Assembly (NCBI RefSeq): GCF_000025945.1
Contig: NC_006138.1
Coordinates: 2,220,001 to 2,252,000 of the forward strand
DNA length: 32,000 nt
Direction: 5' to 3'
From: Desulfotalea psychrophila LSv54
Lineage (GTDB): Bacteria; Desulfobacterota; Desulfobulbia; Desulfobulbales; Desulfocapsaceae
Below, piece by piece: positions 26,764 through 32,000 of the stretch. The first letter of the stretch is position 1. The number at the start of each line of letters is the position of its first letter. The notes below the pieces were generated by a model. That model did no database searches. It was not told the origin of the DNA and saw only the letters and a list, made by a program, of their open reading frames with translations. Both the position numbers and the translations under genes were made by a program.

Positions 26764-27985
26764 ATGAAATTAAAAACAACCATGGCCCTTGTCATGTTGG
26801 CCTGGTTATCACTCATTGCCCTATCTTTTTTTTGGAACTATACAAACGCAATCAAAGAGCAGGAGAGAGTTGCCCTGTTCTCTGCAAGGAATTTTTTTCA
26901 ACATATTGTTGCTGCTCGTCTTTGGAATGCCCAGCACGCTATGTGCCTGTCACAGAAAAGACACAGCCAAACCAATATCTTGATGTGCCAATGAGAGAAA
27001 TTGTAGTCAATGATGATTTGACCTTAACCAAGGTTAACCCGGCCTTTATGACCCGGCAAATTTCTGACATAACCCGGGTACATGAGGGTGTGCAGTTTCA
27101 TCTTACTAGTCTCAAGCCTCTTCGGCCGGGTAACAGAGCAACGGCAAGGGAAAGAGAATTCCTTAAAGAATTTGCAAGTGGGACCAGAGAAAAAGAGCTT
27201 TACAGTGACCGGGAAGTAAAGGATTCATTTTTTTATATGGCTCCTCTTATAACGGAGAAGGCATGTTTGCAATGCCATGCCCGGCAGGGTTATAGGGAAG
27301 GTGACATACGAGGCGGGGTCAGCATAACAACACCCTATGCCATGCCAACCATTTTTCCCACTCCTTATCGGCCATATGTTAATAGCCTTTGTCGGCCTGG
27401 TTGGTATCTTTCTCTTTGGGTGGAGATTAAACAGGGCCTATGAAATAATAAAAAGGCAGGCGGCATTCGATGCGGTAACAGGAATTCCAAACTATCGAAG
27501 CTTTGCAGAGATTTTATGCAGAGAAGGCGGGTTGTAAAAGAAATCAGCAGCCTCTTTCAATTATAATGGGCGATATAGATAATTTTAAGCTCTATAATGA
27601 TAGCTATGGTCACAGTAAAGGTAATATCTGTTTAAAGGGAGTGGCGCAGGCGATACATGAATCGCTGAAAAGACCCGCAGATTTTTGTGCACGCTATGGG
27701 GGGGAAGAGTTTATTATCCTCCTGCCCAACACCCCTCCCCGATCTGCCCTGAAGGTCGCGGAGAGAATACAGGCAAATATTGAGGCAAAGGGAATTGTAC
27801 ACACAAAATCAATGCCAACGGGACTTGTCACCATAAGCCTTGGTATCAGCAGTGCTCTCCCAGGTCTTTGGCCAAAAAAGGACGAGTTGATCAGCCAGGC
27901 AGATATGGCCATGTACAGATCAAAGGGGCTTGGTCGAAATCAGATTAGTTTTTTTAATAAAATAGATGACTCCACCAGTGAGTGA
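26764..27985 (+). pseudogene. Frameshifted DUF3365-like sensor / GGDEF diguanylate cyclase
   Basis: Pieces in successive frames: MKLKTTMALV...ARLWNAQHA / YVPVTEKTQPNQYLDVPMREIVV...NPAFMTRQISD...CLQCHARQGYREGDIRGGVSITTPYAMP / FFPLLIGHMLIAFVGLVGIFLFGW...AAFDAVTGIPNYRSFAEI / KRNQQPLSIIMGDIDNFKLYNDSYGH...RPADFCARYGGEEFIILLP. Confidence 0.88.
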
Positions 27986-28186
27986 GAGACTTTCTTTTCA
28001 CCCCATTAAGGGCTAAAAAAATACCTCCTGAGCTTGGCTCAATTATTTTTGGCCAGTTAGTTTTTTTCCTTTCTCATAAAAAACATTCCAACTCTCCCTC
28101 CTTTTCTTTACAATAAAAGGAACAAAAAATTCAGGAAAGGCCGGTTCAGGCGCCCCTTATCTATTTATTAGGAGGAGAGCAAGTTT

Positions 28187-29350
28187 ATGAGCAAGCCAGC
28201 AAACCAAACAACCAGACTTCCCATTCATAATAAGCTACTGGCCTTTATTATTCTTATTGGCCTTGGCATAGCTGCCTTTCTTCTGTTTTTTTATTACTCA
28301 TTTTCAACAAGTCTTGAGGAAGAGAAAAAAGAGCAGTCTAAGCATCTTACAGAGATTGGCCTGGGGGTTGTTCAACACTTTTACCAAATGAGTTCAGAGG
28401 GCAAGATGACATCTGCCGAGGCTAAAGACCTTGCAATGAATGCCTTGGAAAATGCTACATATGGGAAAAATGGTTACCTCTGGATAAACAGTGGTGAGGG
28501 AAAACTTTTGATGCAGCCGTATACTCCCGAGCGAGTTGGTCTTAACCAAATTGACTGGACCGACTTGAAAGGGAAATATTTTTTTAAAGAATTTATTAAC
28601 ACGGCAAAAAATGGTGGTGGCTGGGTATCGTATTATTGGCCTAAGCCCAAGGTCCCTGAGGAGAGTCCTAAAATTTCTTATGTTACCTACTTCGCTCCAT
28701 GGAACTGGGTTCTGGGTACAGGGCTTTACCTCGACGATATGCAAAAAAATGTTTTTTGGACTGTTTTTAAGGCTTCGGGAATATTCATCACCTGTTTTAT
28801 CCTGTTTATTGCCGCTACAACCTTTATGGTGAACTACTTCCTGCGTCAACTTGGAGAACTTGCTATAAAAGACACGCTTACCAATCTTTATACCAAGAGA
28901 TTTCTAGAAGAGATATTGCCAAACGTTCTAAAAAAGCTACACCGGGACAACCAACATCTTCTGGTGGTGATATTTATAGATATTGATCATTTTAAAAAGG
29001 TCAATGATAGCTATGGTCATAGCTGTGGCGACCTGGTTTTAAAGAGGTTGGCCAATATCCTCATGGACAATACCCGACCCGATGATTTTAGCATTCGTTT
29101 TGGTGGCGAAGAATTTCTTCTTATTGGCTTTTTTCGTAATGAACAAGAGGCTATAGCTGTTACTGAAAGAATAAGGAAAGAGACGGCCTGTTTGGTTTTT
29201 GAGGACAATAACAGTAAGTTCCAGATTACCCTCAGTGCCGGCATAGCCATTTACCAGCCGGACACCGAGTCCTTCGAGGGAACACTGAAGCGGGCCGATA
29301 AAAAGCTCTATGAGGCCAAGGATTCGGGACGAAATCGTATTTGTATATAG
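28187..29350 (+). CDS. Single-Cache-domain membrane sensor diguanylate cyclase
   Basis: Two TM segments flanking a Cache_2-like domain (NATYGKNGYLWINSGEGKLLMQPYTPERVG...FAPWNWVLGTGLYLDDM), then GGDEF domain with RPDD-x5-GGEEF. Confidence 0.9.
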   Translation: MSKPANQTTRLPIHNKLLAFIILIGLGIAAFLLFFYYSFSTSLEEEKKEQSKHLTEIGLGVVQHFYQMSSEGKMTSAEAKDLAMNALENATYGKNGYLWINSGEGKLLMQPYTPERVGLNQIDWTDLKGKYFFKEFINTAKNGGGWVSYYWPKPKVPEESPKISYVTYFAPWNWVLGTGLYLDDMQKNVFWTVFKASGIFITCFILFIAATTFMVNYFLRQLGELAIKDTLTNLYTKRFLEEILPNVLKKLHRDNQHLLVVIFIDIDHFKKVNDSYGHSCGDLVLKRLANILMDNTRPDDFSIRFGGEEFLLIGFFRNEQEAIAVTERIRKETACLVFEDNNSKFQITLSAGIAIYQPDTESFEGTLKRADKKLYEAKDSGRNRICI

Positions 29351-29613
29351 TTTTAAGGAGACCTCTCCTTTCGGTAGAGAGCGATCCAGTTAGTAGCATC
29401 TCTAAAGCCCGGGCCTGTTGCGGAATAAGATAATGTATAAAAGAAAAATCACAGAATAATAGGTAGATATCTTCTCTCCACAGAGACAAAAAAATTGACG
29501 CAAGCCACTCTGTCGTATATTATGAATAAGTTATTCATCAATAGGTAAAGAGCCTTAGTAACAGACCGTTGATACCTGAAGGGACAGACCCCACTATTAC
29601 AAGGAGCGTTTTC

Positions 29614-30350
29614 ATGAAACACTATATCCTCGCCGCATTTCTTGTTTTTACCATTTGTGCAGGTTCTGCATCTGCTGCAAAACTTGTTGTAGCAACCGAT
29701 ACTACTTCCCACCATTTGAATTCAAAGATCCTGCAAGTGGTAAGCATGTGGGCTTTGACGTGGAACTCTGGGCCGCCATTGCTAGAGAGGCAGGTCTTGA
29801 CTACGAACTACAGCCCATGGCTTTTAAGGGCATTGTTCCCGGGCTTCAGTCTGCACAGATCGACGCTGGTATTGCAGGTATGTCCATTACTGATAAACGT
29901 AAGAAGGTTATTGACTTTTCTGATGGGTATTATGACTCTGGCCTTCTCCTTCTGGTACCTAAGGGCAGCTCTATTAAAGGCCTGGCTGATCTGGTCGACA
30001 AAAAGGTTGCCACCAAGACTGGTACAACCAGTGTTGACTTCTTGAAAAAGCACTCTGCCAAGACCAAACTTGTCCTTTTCCCCAACGATAATGCGATGTT
30101 TATGGAACTTATGACCGGTGGAGTGGATGCCGTTATGTTTGATAGACCTGTTATTGAATCTTTTGCCAGTAAGCGTGGTCAGGGTCAGGTTACTATTGTA
30201 GATACCCTCTATGCCGGTCAGCCCTATGGCATTGGCTTTCCCAAAGGATCTCAATTGGTAGAGAAGGTAAATATAGCTCTCAGAACCCTCAAAGATAGTG
30301 GTGAGTATACCAAGATCTATCAGAAGTGGTTTGGTGTAGCTCCCCGCTAA
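29614..30350 (+). CDS. Polar amino-acid ABC transporter substrate-binding protein with an apparent one-nt deletion near 29702-29708
   Basis: MKHYILAAFLVFTICAGSASAAKLVVATDTT (frame 1), then FPPFEFKDPASGKHVGFDVELWAAIAREAGLDYELQPMAFKGIVPGLQSAQIDA (frame 3). Confidence 0.88.
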
Positions 30351-30433
30351 ACATTTTTTAAACCGACAAGACAAGGGACAGGGTGTGAAAAGCATTATGC
30401 CCCTTTTTTTTATCTTTTTACAAATGGTTAATT

Positions 30434-31102
30434 ATGGCCTTTAATTTTGAACCAGCAGTAATTGTCGAATCGATCCCGCTACTACTAGGGGGTGCCAAGC
30501 TTACCGTTTATCTCACGGTAGGTGGACTTGTTTTTGGTTTTGTCCTGGGTGTTGTTTTTGGCCTTATGAAGCTCTCCACCTTATGGCCTGTGCGTAAGAT
30601 TGCAGGTTTTTATATTGAGACAATACGGGGCACGCCCATGTTGGTGCAGGCCATGTTTTTATACTTTGGTCTGCCCATGGCCTTTGGCTTCCGCCTACCG
30701 GCTTTGGCGGCAGGAGTTATTGTTATTGCTATTAATTCCGGCGCCTATATTGCCGAAATAGTCCGCGGAGCAGTACAATCCATAGATTCAGGACAGATGG
30801 AGGCGGGACGCTCTATTGGCCTGACCTCCTTGCAGGCCATGCGCTATGTTATTTGGCCGCAGGCCTTTAGAAGGATGATTCCGCCTCTGGGAAATCAGTT
30901 TATAATCAGTCTTAAAGATACCTCTCTATTGATGATTATCGGAGTCGGAGAGCTCTTGCGCACGGCAGATGAAATTGTGGCGGTAAATTTCAGAGCCTTT
31001 GAGGTCTATCTCGCCTGCGGACTCATCTACCTGGCCATGACCATGAGCATTGCCAGGGTATTAAAAATTGTTGAAAAACGTCTACAGATACAGGGAAGAT
31101 AA
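30434..31102 (+). CDS. glnP: Polar amino-acid ABC transporter permease
   Basis: LLGGAKLTVYLTVGGLVFGFVLG, FYIETIRGTPMLVQAMFLYFG, AYIAEIVRGAVQSIDSGQMEAGRSIGLTSLQAMRYVIWPQAFRRMIPPLGNQF. Confidence 0.92.
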   Translation: MAFNFEPAVIVESIPLLLGGAKLTVYLTVGGLVFGFVLGVVFGLMKLSTLWPVRKIAGFYIETIRGTPMLVQAMFLYFGLPMAFGFRLPALAAGVIVIAINSGAYIAEIVRGAVQSIDSGQMEAGRSIGLTSLQAMRYVIWPQAFRRMIPPLGNQFIISLKDTSLLMIIGVGELLRTADEIVAVNFRAFEVYLACGLIYLAMTMSIARVLKIVEKRLQIQGR

Positions 31103-31105
31103 GAT

Positions 31106-31837
31106 ATGATTAGTATTCGTAATCTCCATAAATCCTTTGGTGATACAGAGGTCCTAAAAGGTGTTAACATTGAGGTCGCGAAGGGGGAGGTAGTTGTTAT
31201 CATTGGTCCATCCGGCTCCGGGAAATCGACCGTTCTACGCTGTATAAATAAACTTGAAGAGCCCACTAGCGGCACCATTATCGTTGATAACTACGATATC
31301 ATGGATAAATCCACCGATATCAACATGGTTCGCACCGAAGCCACCATGGTATTTCAGCACTTTAATCTCTTCCCCCATATGACGGTATTGGACAATATCA
31401 CCCTTGGTCCCATAAAGGTGCGCGGCACCAGCAAAAAGGAGGCCAATGATCTTGGCCGTAATCTTCTGAAAAAGGTGAACCTTGCCGAGAAGGATAGTGA
31501 TTTTCCCAATCAGCTTTCTGGTGGACAAAAACAGCGGGTTGCCATTGCTAGAGCCCTGGCCCTGCAGCCCAAGGCCATTCTCTTTGACGAGCCCACCTCG
31601 GCTCTTGATCCGGAACTTGTTGGTGAGGTACTTGAGGTAATGAAGACGCTTGCCGCCGAGGGAATGACCATGGTTGTGGTTACCCACGAGATGGGTTTTG
31701 CCCAGGAGGTTGCCGATCGAGTACTCTTTATTGATGAGGGTGTGGTTCAGGTGGATAAACCACCCAAGGAATTTTTTTCTAATCCAGAGCATCCACGTCT
31801 TAAAGATTTTTTGGGCAAAGTTATTACCCACGGCTAG
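31106..31837 (+). CDS. glnQ: Polar amino-acid ABC transporter ATP-binding protein
   Basis: GPSGSGKSTVLRCINKLEEPTSG, LSGGQKQRVAIARALALQPKAILFDEPTSALDPELVGEVLEVM, VVTHEMGFAQEVADRVLFID. Confidence 0.94.
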   Translation: MISIRNLHKSFGDTEVLKGVNIEVAKGEVVVIIGPSGSGKSTVLRCINKLEEPTSGTIIVDNYDIMDKSTDINMVRTEATMVFQHFNLFPHMTVLDNITLGPIKVRGTSKKEANDLGRNLLKKVNLAEKDSDFPNQLSGGQKQRVAIARALALQPKAILFDEPTSALDPELVGEVLEVMKTLAAEGMTMVVVTHEMGFAQEVADRVLFIDEGVVQVDKPPKEFFSNPEHPRLKDFLGKVITHG

Positions 31838-31849
31838 ACAGCTGTTGAG

Positions 31850-31876
31850 CAAGAAGAGGTGTATCTCCTCTTCTTG
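31850..31876 (+). terminator. Hairpin after the ABC transporter operon
   Basis: CAAGAAGAGG - TGTATCT - CCTCTTCTTG, 10-bp stem. Confidence 0.65.
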
Positions 31877-32000
31877 TCTGCCTCTCCTCCCCGCCTCGTT
31901 AAGATTCATCCGGCAATGAGCAAGCCTATAAAAGATCAAAAACACTGGTAATGATGAGCACCAGTAGGCTGAGGCCAATAAAAACAAAAGAGAGGCCCAT

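Noticed and set aside
29569-30045. Track ORF 158 aa as a separate gene
   Set aside because: It is the 5' half of the glnH-like gene read past the frame break.
31235-31987. 250-aa minus-strand ORF
   Set aside because: Shadow of glnQ, whose Walker A/B and signature motifs are clear.
1-32000. CRISPR arrays, rRNA, tRNA, restriction-modification, phage-defence or prophage modules
   Set aside because: No regularly spaced direct repeats, rRNA/tRNA signatures or recognisable defence/phage proteins were seen on reading. The integrase is integron-type, not a phage module.

Overview
Gram-negative, Desulfobulbaceae-like chromosomal window (genus is an inference from protein style and gene content; no search was run). 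Housekeeping and metabolic genes: YcaO-family protein (cut by the left edge and missing from the ORF track), tsaE, leuC/leuD-type isopropylmalate isomerase, dnaJ/cbpA-like, mutL, 3D-domain lipoprotein, trmFO, MinD/FlhG-like ATPase, epd/gap-like dehydrogenase, deoC, rbsK-like, azoR, dbpA, GyrI-like protein, and a polar amino-acid ABC transporter. The accessory highlight is a terminator-bounded locus at about 4.2-12.1 kb. It holds a sigma54 enhancer-binding protein whose receiver domain has lost all phosphorylation residues, a consensus -24/-12 promoter, three small secreted subunit-like proteins, a PapD-like chaperone and a 938-aa outer-membrane barrel/usher-like protein with Ig-like and carboxypeptidase-regulatory-like domains. 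This looks like a non-classical chaperone/usher-type surface-fibre system. A second highlight is an integron-type integrase with its catalytic box-I Arg replaced by Gly, beside a region dense in inverted repeats and a multiply frameshifted DUF3365-like/GGDEF pseudogene. Single-nucleotide frame breaks also affect mutL, subunit 3 and the glnH-like gene. They are either sequence errors or real indels, and real indels would be notable given the mutL lesion.
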